Below, piece by piece: positions 1-14,245 of a stretch of 64,000 nt of DNA. Numbering within the stretch: position 1 is the stretch's first letter; each line of letters begins with the position of its first letter. The DNA is from Phoronis australis (lineage: Eukaryota > Animalia > Phoronida). Location: contig NMRA01000307.1 in the NCBI GenBank assembly GCA_002633005.1, forward strand, positions 267,187 to 331,186. Direction: 5' to 3'. Below the pieces are notes generated by a model. The model was not told where the DNA came from and did no database searches. It saw only the letters and a list, made by a program, of their open reading frames with translations. A program made the position numbers and the translations under genes.

Positions 1-590
1 GTCCACTGTCAACTTCATATAAACAGATTTGCTGCATTTAATAAAGATCCTGTGGAGTGTTTAGGAGATAAAGCCATGGGCGCAAAAACAAACAAAACTG
101 CCACTAGGAGGCGCCACAGTAGTCGAAGTCATCAGAAAATCAACGTCAACCGTCCTCTTCATAGTAAGAGCATACATGCCAATTTTTGCAATCGTACTTA
201 GAGTGGTTTGGTTGACAGAGGGGCGGACGCCAAAAAACAGACTCTAAAATACTAAAAATGGCCACCAGATGATGCAAAATACCTCGAATCCATCCAAAAA
301 CAAAAGGATAGTGTCACCTCATAAATAGATGCCTATGTGCCAAATTTCATGAATATTGGTTGAGGATACAGAGGCAAACGTAAAAAACTAAAATTGCCAC
401 AAGGGGGCACAGCGGTATTCGGGTTGGTCCGAATCTCGTCGCCCTCTGTCGTCAACCCTATAGGAACACACCTGCCAAATTTCAATATGATAATGCAAGG
501 GGTTTAGGAGATACAGTCACGGACGCCAGACGCCCAGACAGAGATGACGGCAGTATGCACCCACATATAAATATGAGGGCGCATAAAAAC
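1..590 (-). mobile_element. Partial non-autonomous Helentron/HINE (CryptonV-like) element, 5' end
   Basis: Minus strand begins TTTTATGCGCCCTCATAT..ATATGTGGGTGCATA (short hairpin), then a CTGTCTGGGCGTCTGGCGTCCGT simple repeat and recurring CCAAATTTCA and GCCAC(T/C)AG modules, as in HINE/DINE-like elements. Truncated by the window edge. Confidence 0.5.
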
Positions 591-827
591 TTGCAAAGAA
601 AATGGTTGTGTAAGCTACAGTTTCATAACAGTTTGTGCGTTCATATAAAATCTTATTTTTCTCAACTCAAATATGAATTATATGCGCGTGCACAAAAAAC
701 AAAATAGCAGCACTGACACTATTAAAACTTCAGGCAAAAAGCTCAGGTCGTTCTATATTAAGTAATTCTTAATAAAAACAGCATTACAATAAGTATAACA
801 CAAAGAGCATTCAATGCAAAAGACTAC

Positions 828-973
828 CTGGTAGGCTCGTCGAAGAACATGATTGGTGGATTATTGACAAGCTCGAGGGCAATAGACAGCCGTTTCCTTT
901 GTCCGCCAGACAGACGAATACAGCGGGTCTTCCTGCACTCTGTCAGACCCATGTTTTCCAAAATGTCATCAAC
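828..973 (-). CDS. ABCG1: ABCG1/ABCG4-like transporter, coding exon 4 (ABC signature and Walker B)
   Basis: cag acceptor at 976-974, gt donor at 827-826. Translates [48 protein letters not shown], with the LSGGQ signature and FFDE Walker B. 146 nt, phase 0 entry fits exon 3. Gene continues beyond the left edge. Confidence 0.96.
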
Positions 974-2947
974 CTGTAACAACGGGTTATGGGTGATGAT
1001 GTTAGAAGCACTAGGGCCTGCTTCATTTCATGAAACAAATCTTCGTCTAACGTCAACTATGGCAGGAAGGCATGCATAAATACAATTTTGTTTTGCTGAA
1101 CTTTCAACAAAAATATATGGGAACATATTCATGAAATGATTTTAGAGTTTTATTTTATCTTAGCCGAGTCAATAAATGTTCATACCTAAACCAATTTAAT
1201 GGATAAAATTGGATAAAATTATATGCTTTAGGAGAAAGCGATATGTAACTGTCATCAGTGTTGCACATTGTTATTTTGTTTGAACTATAAGACAGGAAAC
1301 AGGAAATGTGAATATGATCTGTGTAAGCCCAATTTATGACTACATTACGTGTATAAGGCGATAACATAAAAAAGGAAGCGTGACCTAAACTCTGCAACAC
1401 CTTTGATTAAAGTTTGACTTATATTGTAATTAAATGATTAAAACGGAAAAAAAGATAGAACTTAACGCAAAAGGACACGGGAAGAACTTGCAGTGTGACA
1501 CCAAGGTGTTAGTTACAATGTCGTGACCTAAAATATTTTAGGTCACTTACAGTTATTAAAATGGCATTAACATCTTCAGAAGTGATTTCTGGACAGGGAA
1601 AGAGCCAAGAGATGGGTATTGTTAGAGGGCAGACTAACAAATTGGTTTAACCCACTGGTCATTTCAAAGCAACCCACAGTCACAATACAAATGAAAGACA
1701 CCAAAGCAACGTCTTGTAGCACTCCCTCTTGTGGTAATATATTTTTTATTGTATGTCCCAAGTAACTGAAGCAGACCTATTCTTTCAAAGCCCAGAAGTC
1801 ACTTCACAGTTGAGACCAGCAGTTACATAATGGCACTTAATTGAAATGATAAGTGACTTTTAAGTTTCTCAACAGAGAGTGGGTACATAGTAGCTTCATG
1901 AGGGTGTAGAAAGATTGACATAAAATTAAGTACAAAATAAGGATCACATGGGATAGTCATAAGTAGGATAACTATAAAAGCCAGACATGGCAGTGGCGCA
2001 TGCATCCAAAGAAAATTATGATGCAAAACTAAGAGTATTTTTGCATTACCAGAGATTACAGTTGCTAATTGCATTCTTCGATGTTGAAGTTTGACAGCTG
2101 GATCAGATCAATGAAACATATACCCTTACCTAAGCAAATAACTTGCTCAATAATTATCTAACAGTAAGGAAATGATTCACATGGTAGCTATATCTTACAA
2201 CTCATATTCATATCATTCAGTAATTTATAACTGTAAGGCAGGCTAACTTCTGTGATTGTGGTTTGAGTAGTAATGCTGACAACAAGAAATTGACAAAAGA
2301 GCAAACAGCAGTATTGCATGCTTTTCAAATGTTAAGCATGGATCTCAGCAGTGTCTGGCATTTTGAAAAGTAGGTCAGTCATGCAATGCATTTTTCTATC
2401 TCCTTGAACGAAGAGACATTCATCCAAAATGGGTCTGTTGTCAGTCAGTTCTGACTGGGTGTTTAATGCCTATCCAAAGAATTAAGTTTCTTGCAGATAT
2501 GACCAATTAGTACCCTTGCAGATATGACCAATTAGTACCTGATTAGGGTTTCTGTGTATCCTCATTAAGTGTGACGTGCTATAAATATCTGCGTTTATAT
2601 CCAGGAGACAATCTTGAGATCGCAACTCCATACTTGGAGGCGTCTTAATATGTGTGTGATAGAAATGTACGGTTGCGGACACATTAGTGCCTAAAGGGGG
2701 CACATTCTGTCATGTCTGCAAGGCTTGTGCAGCACAATCAATTAACATTTGCTATAACTTAAGCAAGTGCACTGATGCCATAGAAATATAGGAAAACGAC
2801 AATTTGAGCACTGATTTTCTGTTCCAAATTCATAAATTTCTATCATATCCTGAATATTACAAATTTTGTGCCAGAGAATAGGGTTTGTGTTATAAGCAGG
2901 TGGTCATACACATGAACTGCTCTAAGTTGTGCTCAACAAAAGCATAC

Positions 2948-3137
2948 CAGTTGCATCTTATCACGCAGTTTCATCTTCTCTGTCAGTTTCAGATTGGCCG
3001 AACACATCATAGCCTCATGAACAGTAAGGTGTGGCAGGAGGTGATCGTCTTGCATGATGTAGCACGACATCTTACGGAACAGACGGAGGTTACGCGTCCT
3101 GTTGTTGACCATAATGTCCCCTGTCACACTCTGTGTT
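2948..3137 (-). CDS. ABCG1: ABCG1/ABCG4-like transporter, coding exon 3 (Q-loop)
   Basis: ttacag acceptor and gtatgc donor; 190 nt, phase 2 to 0. (R)[63 protein letters not shown] matches the ABCG1 [14 protein letters not shown] motif. Confidence 0.96.
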
Positions 3138-3496
3138 CTGTAATATCACGGAATGAGTATATAATGAAGTAAAATTTGTGCACATACAAGTTGGTCTGTA
3201 ACAAGCTGGCTTAACCAGCTAGTGAAGTCCAAACATTCGACATGCAAATCATTACCATTGCGAGGCCTTCGCTTTGTGCAATTTCAAATTCTGGTGTGCA
3301 TGACGGGCCAAACTGACAGGGACAAAACGCAATTTCCTGGCCATCTAGTAACAACATACCCTAGTCAGTGGCCATCTAGTGACAAGATGGCCATCTAGTG
3401 ACAAGGCGTATTTCACTAACTAGCACTAGTGTTGAAGTGACCAGTCGAGGTGGAGCAGTCAAGAAGCGGAGTGACGTATTTAAGGGACAGACATTG

Positions 3497-3831
3497 CAGT
3501 GGCGGATCTACGGGGGGGATTCAGGGGGTTTAAACCCCCCCCCTCGGGCCAGGACCCAAAAATTAAAAAAACAAAAAACAAACAAAAACGTCTCCAGCAA
3601 AACAAAAACGCCGGCACCGCCAGCGTGTGTAAACCCCAAGTAAACCAACCTGGAAAAAAATGAGGGGGGGTTCACTCTGAAAAAATATTTTTTGCATTGT
3701 GAATTGCTGTTATGAAAATCAACGCGTTTCGAGTCTTCGTGGCTCATCGACAAAACCCCGGAGATCAATTGTGCGCGCGCTTCCGACGACACTTCTGAAG
3801 TAGCCAAGCATTTTAGATGGATCCACCGCTG
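3497..3831. mobile_element. hAT-like MITE
   Basis: Termini CAGTGGCGGATC and GGATCCACCGCTG form an imperfect inverted repeat with G/C-run subterminal motifs; no TSD recognisable. Confidence 0.5.
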
Positions 3832-5751
3832 AAAGAGCAGCTCTATAGCTGATTTCTTTAGATAACTAGCTTCTTTACTCTAAGATATGTTTTGATTTGA
3901 TTAGGGAAATACTGTGGTGCCCCAACCCTGATATTCAGGCGAATTGACGTGCAACGTTTTTACCTCATCTGTCATGCCGTGTCATCGTATTACACCCCAC
4001 ACGTTTGAAACTCGAATTTGAGTGGTGTACAGTAAAGNTTGGCATCAGGTGTCACGCAGAGAACGACAACTTCCGTCTTATCCCAGTTATCGGATGAGAG
4101 TGTGGCGCTCCACTTAAAAGTGGGTTAAGTTGCGCTAGTGCACGTTGTTTTAGGGTAGGCTGTGTGTGGACGGGACTTAAGAGAAATGGAAACACTGGCA
4201 ATTATTACTGTGTGAATAAGTGATAGTGTAGATACTGACGACGGACCACACTCTCGATTCACAGTATACTTACTCAGTAAGCTACAAAATCTACTTGATG
4301 TAATAACCTCAATTTCTACAGAATAAAAAAATTCAGAGCTGAATTTCTACTAATTCATTAATTCCTTCCATTGAACACATGTCAGGAGCCGAGACAGTTG
4401 GAGGTAACATACACCTAATTGTAAACACACCCAAGAGTCATAGCTGTATAGACACAACTGCCACCCTGGAGTAATGAATCTGTGAATTAGAGTTAACCTG
4501 TGAAAATGCAATTAAAAATTAATGATTCGTGTCCCAGATTGGACCAATAAGTTACTAATTGACATATTGCGCATGCTGCATGAAAATCCCTCAATGATTC
4601 AAGACATTTTCTTTGAAAAAGCATACAGTCTAATTCTAAGCCAGTTCTTAGTAATCATGAATGATGTATTTTCCATTTGTAGGCGGTTATTTACGGAAGT
4701 GGGACAGACCTCCCTTCTGGGGTACTGGAAAGGTAAAAAGGTGTCGTTCTTCGTGTACACACCCTGGGGATTGCTCCCAGAAATTCCTGGTATTATCACA
4801 GTTTGCAAGTTACTAAAAAGCAACTGCTTATAAATAAGACAACAAAACATTACAAATGTTGAAAGTGCATTGCAAACATTAAATGTAAGACCGTGGTCAT
4901 TTGTAAATTGGAATAATAATAATAATTCGGGTGAACGCCCAGAGCTCTTAAACAAGGAAGCTTGAAAATCAAGAGATGAGCATTTCAGACGAGCATAAGC
5001 GTTCGAAAACATGACTTTGACAAGTTGGGGGACGCATTTACCCAAACTTTAGAAGTGGGTAAATGTCCAGCAAGACATATTTATGTTGGACTTACGTACT
5101 TGCAATGGCGAAACATAACAGTTTAGAAGAGTTCGGTACACCCCGAATAACGCAACAATGTGCCACTGACAATCTGACCGTTCCTTTCTCAAAGTTGTCG
5201 TTTCACATATTTCGGGAGCTGAAATCTGTGCACTACAGATGTTCACAAAGAATGGGCGATTTCAAAGAAGTCTTGATTTCATATTTTGGGTGTTGGCACC
5301 AGGCAGAGCAAGGGTGTTTTTAGTGAAAAGTTTGAAATTTTGCGAGTGGGCATCTAGCCGGTATGAACACAAATGGTATATGCAGACAAACACGCGTTTT
5401 TACAAGATTCTGCATTATAACTGATTGACTACACCTAATGAAAACGAAGCGCAGCAAGATATGAACAGAACACGCCTGGACAACAATTTTTCACAGAAAT
5501 AAGTAAATGAAACTAATTTGTAATTTGTTGGCAGAGTATCGGACTGTAAAAATGCACTTACGAGTAAATTCCTTAACAGACATTAAATGAAGCTCACTAA
5601 CAATTATCAGTAAACCACTGGGTAGCCTCTTTCGGTCTTGGTGTGTCATTAAAAATCGTATAGTGCTTTAGAATGCTTTCGAAAATAATCAAATTTCAAA
5701 GTTTGATGAACACATTTGACATCACAGGCTGGCACAGTTGAAAAAAATAAA

Positions 5752-6980
5752 AAATGAAAGCGCTCCGAGGAGCGAACCTTGGCGAAATTAACCAAACTGA
5801 TGACGATAAAGATGATGACGAAGATGAAGAATATGACGATGATGGTAGCGAGGATGAACTAAAGAAGTAATAATAACATACACATGACGAACGTAGAAGT
5901 CCGAAATCAGTAAGAAAAAGGATACAGTCTTGTGCAACACTTGGCGAAATTAACGGAAAAGACAACGACGGAGATGATGACGAAGATGACGACGATGATG
6001 ACGATTATGATGATGGTGGTGACGATGATGAACAACATCACAACATTCATATGATGAACTTAGATGTCATAAATCAATAAGAAATAGGCTACAGTCTAGT
6101 TCAATAGAAGATAAACCAACATCAATGCAGCAAGAGCGCTCAACAAAGGAACAGCGTTATCAGAAAATCTCAAATAACTCGAAAAGTAGACGTCCTAGCG
6201 AAAAATGGAAAACATCTTCTGAAAGCCCGTTCAAAATTCTATCTAAACTGATGGTATCGCCTAATTCCGTAAATTTTTCGAAAAAAATGAAATTTTGCGT
6301 TTTTTTAAGAAATTCAAAGTCAAATAACTCGAAAACGGTAAGTCTGAGAAAAAAATTGTTACTGGCCATTTGAAAGAATATACTTCAAAGAATCTACATG
6401 CAAAAAATCACGTCTTTTTCTCTTCCCGTTTAAAATCGCACCCCAGACGACTGAAAATAGGTCAACATGCGCCAGATCCGCCATCTTGAAAGCAACTTCC
6501 GGTTTTTTGGCTTTGTATAATAGCATGTTACAAGAAACTGATACCTATAAAAATTCGAAGGAATTGGTCTTATAATTCGCCCTCTAGAGGAGAAAACGTT
6601 TTCAGGCCAAAATCGAGGTGCGCATGCGCGATCGCCGATATTTCCGCCATCTTTAACCGGAAGTAAACAATTTCCGGTATACTTGTAGAAAACTTCCGGT
6701 CCATTAACTGTGCCGATTCTTAGCCTTTTACGTAAAAATTTGTGGCCTACAGAAGCATTTGAACCTTTAAATGGAAACAAAATGGCCGCCACAGCCGCCA
6801 TCTTGGATCCGATTTTGACAAAAAACAATAGGCTTCCAGGACGTCAGGAAGTACGTGTTGTGTGTAAATATCGTGATGATCGGACGAAAATTGCGACCTG
6901 TATCGTGCGAACAAACAAAAAAAAAAAAAAAACTTAGTGGAAGAGCAACATACTTGGCGAAATTTATTTCGCCAAGTAAT
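5752..6980 (-). mobile_element. Helentron-associated HINE/DINE-like (CryptonV-like) non-autonomous element with (GAT/GAC)n tract
   Basis: Terminal hairpin CTTGGCGAAATTTATTTCGCCAAG near 6953-6976, the same CTTGGCGAAATT sub-TIR near 5778 and 5940, and a small hairpin GCGCTCCGAGGAGCG at the other end. A second copy starts near 15672. Confidence 0.6.
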
Positions 6981-7616
6981 TAGCTAGAAGTCGTATAATT
7001 TGAAGAGTTCTCATTGAACATATAAACACACCTCATACTCCGCCTACCCCAGAAATGTAGTATTACTGAACCATTGTTACAAGTCAAAACACTATGAATT
7101 TGATTCATGATGGCACCAGTATCAATGTTCACCATTTCTAAATGATTTATAATGTCACATTAAGTACATTACAATATCAGTAGAAAGAAGACATTACTTA
7201 AACCACCCACATGATCAATGTAACAGGTGGTGAATAGAGTTTAATTCCCAACAGAATATGAGGTCACAAAGCATAAATTGTATGTCATATGATCGTAACC
7301 CTTAGTTGGTCTTAAAATACATTTTTGCTTAATATATTAAACTAATTTTAAGGCCCATGTAGAGCATGTTTTCATTCATGTTTTTGGCAGAACCTTTCAT
7401 TTTGGTTAATAAGAGGTGTTTATGTTCCTTGTTACAATACACATGAACATTCACAACAATTTTAGAAGCCTTTAAAAATGAAAAGTCAGTTTTAGTCAAA
7501 ATGGATTTTTGTCCTAAATTCCGGTAGATAATCGAGGTTAAATGTTCAGCAACGCTGGCAACACATATTAACTACAGCAAAGTCTCAGCAATAGTTTTAG
7601 ATTCACTCACTTTAAA

Positions 7617-8108
7617 AGGCCTGTCATTGATGCGTTGATGGTTTGGGGAGTTGCGGTCAGTATGAATGCTTAACTCCGGTCATGGATCAAAGTTAACAGC
7701 TCCTCAGTTAACATCGCAGTTAACAGGTGGATCTAACAGCGCAGCGTCGACACTGCGGTGCAATATGAACGGTTAACTTCGGTCCAATCAAAGTTATCGC
7801 CAGGTATCACTGTTATCGTCAATAATTACAGGGTAGCGCCATCACTAATAGCTTTGCTCTAATAATAACCAATGAATTTAAAAATACGTTTAATGTCAAT
7901 TAACACATGTAAATGTTTCCACATTGTCACATTGAAAAAAATCTTAGCGTGCAGCGCTACCTTGCGATAACTTCGATGACGACAGCCTCACCTACCGTTT
8001 ACTTCGATGTTCATTATCTACCGAAGCCAGTATGAACGGTCCAGATAACTGTGCTGTTTACATCGACACTCCGCTCAGACCAGAGTAAAGTCAATGAGAA
8101 AGTGCCTT
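7617..8108. mobile_element. PIF/Harbinger-like MITE family, copy 1
   Basis: GGCC-type termini and internal AAGTTATCG/AACTTCGATG motifs; closely similar to 18612-19012, with diverged copies near 17503, 19725 and 23746. Confidence 0.55.
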
Positions 8109-8176
8109 CAGACAAAATTGATGCTTGGAAAAGGTTTAGTGAGGCATAGCATTTGGATTCAAAGCCATAGCAGAAG

Positions 8177-8378
8177 TGAATGACACATAAGTCTAAGTGA
8201 ACACTGGCTACCAGAACTGAATGACACATAAGCCTAAGTGAACACTGGCTACCAGAACTGAATGACACATAAGTCTAAGTGAACACTGGCTACCAGAACT
8301 GAATGACACATAAGTCTAAGTGAACACTGGCTACCAGAACTGAATGACACATAAGTCTAAGTGAATACTGTCTACCAA
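8177..8378. repeat. Minisatellite, 41-bp unit x ~5
   Basis: Unit TGAATGACACATAAGTCTAAGTGAACACTGGCTACCAGAAC in tandem. Confidence 0.95.
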
Positions 8379-9131
8379 GCTTTATTGTAAGGATTCATCA
8401 CTATGAACAAGATAAAAAATACTCAGTGTTATTGCAGAAAGCTTTAAGCAGCGTTAATTAAATTGCACTAATTACCAGTTCCATATTTAACAAGATGATC
8501 ATTCAAACTACCCCCCCAAAAACAACAAACATCCATGACCAGCCAAGCAGTGATAATCATTCCATTATAACAGACAAGTGACCATCATCCACTGAGTGTT
8601 GTTGTACCTGTCTGCTCTACCCTACATATTCACCCAAGTCGCTTTCTCATTACGGGTGCAAATTCGCTTTCACTGAAGTTTCGCTTAGTGAGAAAGGTTA
8701 ACTATGGTAGTTAATTTGTAAGCGAGACTTCCCTTAAAATAGTAGGATTTAAAAGCGAAGCTTCGGTTCTCACCAAAACTTTGATGTAGATGGAACAGTC
8801 AAAGCAAAGCTTCGCTGAAGTTATCGGAAGAGTTCGTGGCAATGATATACGATCACGCGAGACTCGCAAAACATGTTCTTTGTTATTGTAACATAGTCGA
8901 CATGCTCTCAATAGACAAACGTAAATAAAATCTGACGAAGAATGACACTGGTCAACTTCATAAACACTTGTTAATGGCAGGAGAACAATTTTCACTTAGC
9001 ATTGAACCCACTACTCAAAATTCGACTGTTGTCGTAGCGATAACTTCGATATCGATGTTAGTTGGAAAGGTAAGCAAAGTTTCGGTGAAGTTCAATTAAA
9101 CCTAATTGAAAAGCAACCTTAGACTCACCTA

Positions 9132-9685
9132 CCGTAATCGTTCTGGTTAACGCCCTGGGCGGTTAAATTGGCGAACCCAAAAAATCAGGGGAGGGCGGTT
9201 AACCGAGCAGTGGGCGATTAAATCGAAAATCCACCTAAAGTAGGGGATGGGCGGTTAACCGAACATGGGCGCTTATTACGACAGTCAACCGCCCTGGGCG
9301 GTTAATCTTACTTTATACGTGTAAAGTGACAAAAAGGTTCAAGTATTTTGAAGTGAGTTCATGACCCAAGACAATAACTCTTTACCTGTATTGTGATTCA
9401 GATTGCTAAACCACCGTCTCGGAGTCCCGGCGTCGTTGCACTCATTGTGATCATCGATCTTTTTCTAAAAGTCAGGGAATCGCGCGTTTCCTTAGCACTA
9501 GGCGCTAAATCTTCATTCTTTAAAAGTCGGGGTGGGCGCTTAACCGAGAGGTGGGCGCTTAATTGGAAATCTTCAAAAATCGCGGGGGGGCGCTTAACCG
9601 AGCAGTGGGCGGTTAAATCGGAAATCCACTTTAAGTCGGGGATGGGCGGTTAACTGAGCATGGGCGTTAACCCGAACGATTACGG
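9132..9685. mobile_element. Tc1/mariner-pogo-like MITE
   Basis: TIRs CCGTAATCGTTC(T/G)GGTTAACGCCC, flanked by TA at 9130-9131 and 9686-9687; internal GGGCGGTTAACCGA subrepeats. Confidence 0.85.
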
Positions 9686-9720
9686 TATAATCTGGCTACC
9701 CTTCCCTCTATCACACTCAC

Positions 9721-9838
9721 CTGTAACCTGCTAAAATATTCATCAGGGTCGATTTGCCGGCACCAGAGGGGCCCATAATGGCAGACAACTGGCCAGGCTT
9801 GAACTTCCCAGAAATACATTTCAGAATTGTCTTGTAAC
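9721..9838 (-). CDS. ABCG1: ABCG1/ABCG4-like transporter, coding exon 2 (Walker A)
   Basis: ttcag acceptor and gtgag donor; 118 nt, phase 1 to 2. (G)[38 protein letters not shown](R) contains the GPSGAGKS P-loop. Absent from the ORF track. Confidence 0.97.
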
Positions 9839-10367
9839 CTGAAGTCAATCAGAGAGGATTATGTTATGTTAAGTCAACAAGAATAGATTATAGTATGAAT
9901 GCATGAATAATGGTAAATTGTTATTTGAAGATATACAAGCCTACTAAAGGTACAGAAACACTCCAGTATTAATCACACCCCTGGGAGCACTCTAATTTAT
10001 AGACATGGAATTCCCAGCAAAAAAATGCACTGCAATGAAAATATAAATAAATTACTAATTCTCACAACAGCACAGAAGTTAATTTTACTTGAAAATACAA
10101 AATGGTAAACATTTACATAAAACCCCAACAAAGGGACAGCAATTTTCAGAAATAAACGGAGGCCTACAATAGGGTACATCTTTATTATTTTATCATTTTT
10201 TATTAGTTTAGAGTTAACTTTTTAATGATCTAAACTAAATAACTAACTGATCCTTTCCAAAGTCGGATCCACAATGTAGTGTTGAGCTAAGCCAGACAAG
10301 TATCAGATAATTACAATTTCTCACGTGCAGCTCAGCTCTTCAATTTTTCATGTCAGCATTGCAACTG

Positions 10368-10524
10368 ACGCTGTAGGCCTACCACCGCTGCAGGCCTGCC
10401 ACCATTGCAGGCCTGCCACACTGTCACCGCTGCAGGCCTGCCACCATTGCAGGCCTGCCACACTGTCACCGCTGTAGGCCTGCCACCGCTGCAGGCCTGC
10501 CACCGCTGTAGGCCTACCACCGTA
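10368..10524. repeat. GC-rich short tandem repeat (~17-25 bp units)
   Basis: About 8 iterations of GCTG(C/T)AGGCCT(G/A)CCACC. Confidence 0.85.
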
Positions 10525-11388
10525 GAACTTTATTGGCATAAGAATGGCAACAGATAGCAAAACAATTTTGATCTAAAATAGTGAAGCAACGTGCAGCATG
10601 TGTTGCAGCACAAGAAGCATAATAACTTGGGACTAATTGGTAACAACAGGACAAACTGTAAAATACTAATTAGTAGACATGTCTTAGTCTGTGACCAAAA
10701 TAAATATTGGCAACAAAACTACATTACTTCAGTCTCACTAACCATTGCTTCATCTTTTCATATCGGATAAACTCCAAAGACAACACTGAATGAGAAATCA
10801 ATTCTCACATGGAAACCAAACCAGGTGAACCCACATATATATAGGAAGGGTTCCAGATGACAACTCACGCATGGAACTCAATTATCCAATAACATCAGAT
10901 ACACAGATTTGTTGATGTTTGATGAAGAGGTTTTGGTCAGTGAGAAAGTTATCCACTGATTCAATATATCACTAGGATTCAAAGGATTGCAGCAACTAGA
11001 CTGGTGGACACCCTGCTATAATAGGAAAACTAGTCAGTTCAAATACCTGGGTATTATTGTAAACAATATGCTCTATTTATCATCCACACATATCACACAG
11101 ACCACAGCATATTCACAAGTGAACAAGTGGTTTATTGAGGTTATAACTAACCCTGGTTAGGGGCCTCCATTCTAACTGGTATATCAAAAACTAGGCTTTG
11201 TCAACAAGTAAAAGCACATATTTTCCGGAAGAAAAAAGATAAGGGAGCATATAACCTTTTACACATTCATTATTTCAACATTCACGCACAATGTCATCTG
11301 AATTTGCAGCGCGTAATTAACTTAATTATCACAAAAAACTTTTCATTTGAACCAAGTCGATCTTGTCACAGGCGGAGCCAGCATATGA

Positions 11389-11885
11389 CAGGGCTTGGAA
11401 TGGCAAATGGCGAAAAAAGCGGAAATTTTTACGGCCCGAAACATGCGCGTAGGCAGCCTTGAAAAAGTCGGTGTGGATCTTTTGCCGACAAAAATAGAGA
11501 CTAAAAAAAACAAAAAAAACGGTATCACCTCCGGCAGCGTGCGTCTGTCTTAGCTCGTTCGCCACTCCTGCCTCCAAACATTTTTGGCTGCAGAGTCGTA
11601 GTATTTGTCGCCGCGGTTTACAATCACACGAGCCACCATTGAGGAAATCCACCACGCTATCCCAGATGCCCCGGCAATGTTGACAATTTACGTTCCATAA
11701 AGAGCAACTTCCGCTTTTTGAGGTGAAAGTCATCGGCAACACGGCGGTAAGAAAGAAATTTGCCGCGGAAATTTTATGTCAAATCCGATTTTTTTTACGC
11801 GGAAACGCGAAATATAATAAAATACGCGGACAGAACATTTGAAAAAAGCGGAAATCTGCGTTTCCGCGGAAAATTCCAAGCCCTG
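11389..11885. mobile_element. hAT-like MITE
   Basis: 13-bp TIR CAGGGCTTGGAAT/ATTCCAAGCCCTG, GCGGAAA subterminal motifs, and ATATGA duplicated on both flanks. Confidence 0.75.
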
Positions 11886-14245
11886 ATATGAAGTGGGTCA
11901 AGCTGGCGCATTGTGGTGCACTTTAAAGTAGGTCAACAGTTCATTGTTAGACACACATGGCGCTAGGACACTGATATGAAAACAAAGTACAAAATAGTTA
12001 CAGAAATTGGGTCGGTGGTTAAAGCACATGGTGACCATGAGATCAAAACAACCACATGTCAAATTACCTGAATTAAGGAATTTGGGTGACGAACTATCTC
12101 TTTTCACAACTTGCTGTGTTTGCGAATACAAAGTCACAGAAGTGGTGTAGCGTCTCGGACTCAGTACATTCATTCTCGGCGAATGAAAGGGCTGACGGTA
12201 CATATGGAACTGCTCTATGCCTGCCGGCAGACTCGATTTGACACACCGCACTGTAACCTTTGACCTCAGATAAATTGTAAACAAATTTTCACATCATTAT
12301 ACGGTTCTAAGATGGTTCTGCTACATCTTTTTTACTTGCTACACGGTATACGTTTTGTATTTTTACTACCCCGAGAATGAAAACAAGATATTTTGCTGGA
12401 CACTACCGGTACATGTATTGTAAAAACTGAAATTTTTGTGAATAAAGGTTTGAGATAACCTTAACAATTTAACAATTCATTTTCACAAAAATGAGATTTT
12501 ACGAGGTTTGTGAACAGAATTGGACGTCCAAGGCTACGCCGCTGGATCAACAATGAACATTGCTTTGTTTTATCCACAGCATGTAACAATAGTCTTTGGC
12601 TGTGATCCAAAATCAAAGAACAATTTCCCATAAATGTTACATGTGGATGAAAATTCAGACGGTAATGTTAAGAACTTGTACAGTGACACGTGCCATTCTG
12701 TGCTGTAGCTTAAATATGCATCAGTGCCATTATGTAGCAGTTTAGCAAATGAACCCTAGTGTACAGCTGATAACTATTAATGTCACAGTCAAAATCATAT
12801 CAGTTTACGATACACTATAATATACTAAGAAAATTACCAGAAATCCGCTACGGTAAACTGTCCTCAAATTCGAACAAAAATAATTTAAAAACTTGCCGTT
12901 ATTCCATTCTTCAAAAACTTACAACATTGTTAAAAATGAACAAATTCATTTGACATCTTGAACCACTTGACCACTCAAATAATTACATTTGAGAGTGATG
13001 TGTGAAACAAGTAATCAACAAACATGGGTTTAGTGGCAAACAGTACTCACTGACTTCAAAGATGAAACAATTAAAGACTTTGAACAACTTTATTAACACT
13101 GTCTAGATTAACAGACTTAACTAACTTAAACACAGAGGATGGTTGTCAAGTGAAATTGTATTGACCGTTGGTCTCTCTAAGTTGAATTGCTGCCTGAGCA
13201 ATACTTAACGTATTGGTCACTTCAAGCCTTTCCCACTGCCTCCGAACACTTAACTTTGACGATATCGGATTTCTCAGCCTGCGTTTGCCAACAGTGGGCA
13301 GTGACTAGTTACTATTTGTCAATATTTTGTTCTAGTAATCATTTTAATGGTATAAAAAGAGTGCAGGTGGCCTGATGTCTTTTGGGCACATCAGGCATGT
13401 TTAGGCCGCAAGGCCGGACCCATCACTCAAACAACCTGATTACGACTCACCGCGACATGAGATCAGCATAGAAACTCTAAGCACATGTAAGAAGTCACAC
13501 TAGCTCACAGTCCAATGCAAAATTAACTGGAAACATCATTTGTCTACTGACCGACTAAATTCTATTTTAATACTTTTAAAAAGCACACATTTACATACAA
13601 AATACTTTAGGATTTTGTAAACAAAAATGTTAAGAAGCCTTGATATAAAAATATGGTTTTCCCATTTCTTGAACAGGAATGTAAAAAGCAACTGCATTCA
13701 CAGTTATAATGCCAAAAGTGACCTTCACCAACAGTCTTGAGTTTGGTGTTAATAAGCCTCTCCTATGTGGCAGGTGTTAATAAATGTCAGCTCTCTTGTA
13801 TTAACACTACAGGTACCATTAGTGTCTTTCTTTGGACTAATTATTTCCTAGGTGATAAAGGTCTTACCTGAACCTTTTATATGTCTGACCAGTAGGAGAA
13901 AAGGACATGCTGGCACCCCTGGAGTTTAAATTACACAGTCACCACACATGTTTGGCAGAAAACAGTGATGTAAAATGTCACCAAATTCACTGCTTTAAAC
14001 AATGTGGATGAAAAGAAGATTTTTTCCCCTTTTGTTCATGAAAACTATTGATTACCACGTTACATACCACAGCTACCATAATAGCAAATGTTCAATAATT
14101 GTGGACATTCATGTCTTTAAAAAGCATTGGATATGAAAAATGGCAATTTTGACATAAAGTTTTATTAAAAGTTGCCTACTCAAAAAACAGATTTCATTTA
14201 GATGTGTTTTGGCACCTGGCAATATGGGAAAATCAGGTTTCAGGC

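Noticed and set aside
849-1079. Plus-strand ORFs overlapping ABCG exons (also 2885-3172 and 28504-28707)
   Set aside because: Antisense shadows of real minus-strand coding exons.
3720-3752. Second hammerhead candidate (minus strand TCGATGAGCC..GACTCGAAAC)
   Set aside because: The core reads UCGAUGA rather than CUGAUGA, there is no convincing stem I, and it lies inside a DNA MITE.
4522-5424. Cluster of 60-148-aa ORFs in ABCG intron 2
   Set aside because: No recognisable motifs or consistent splice structure; probably repeat-derived noise.
5696-6060. Poly-Asp/poly-Ser ORFs as an acidic biomineralisation protein
   Set aside because: The tract is interrupted by stops and is part of a dispersed element repeated at 15672.
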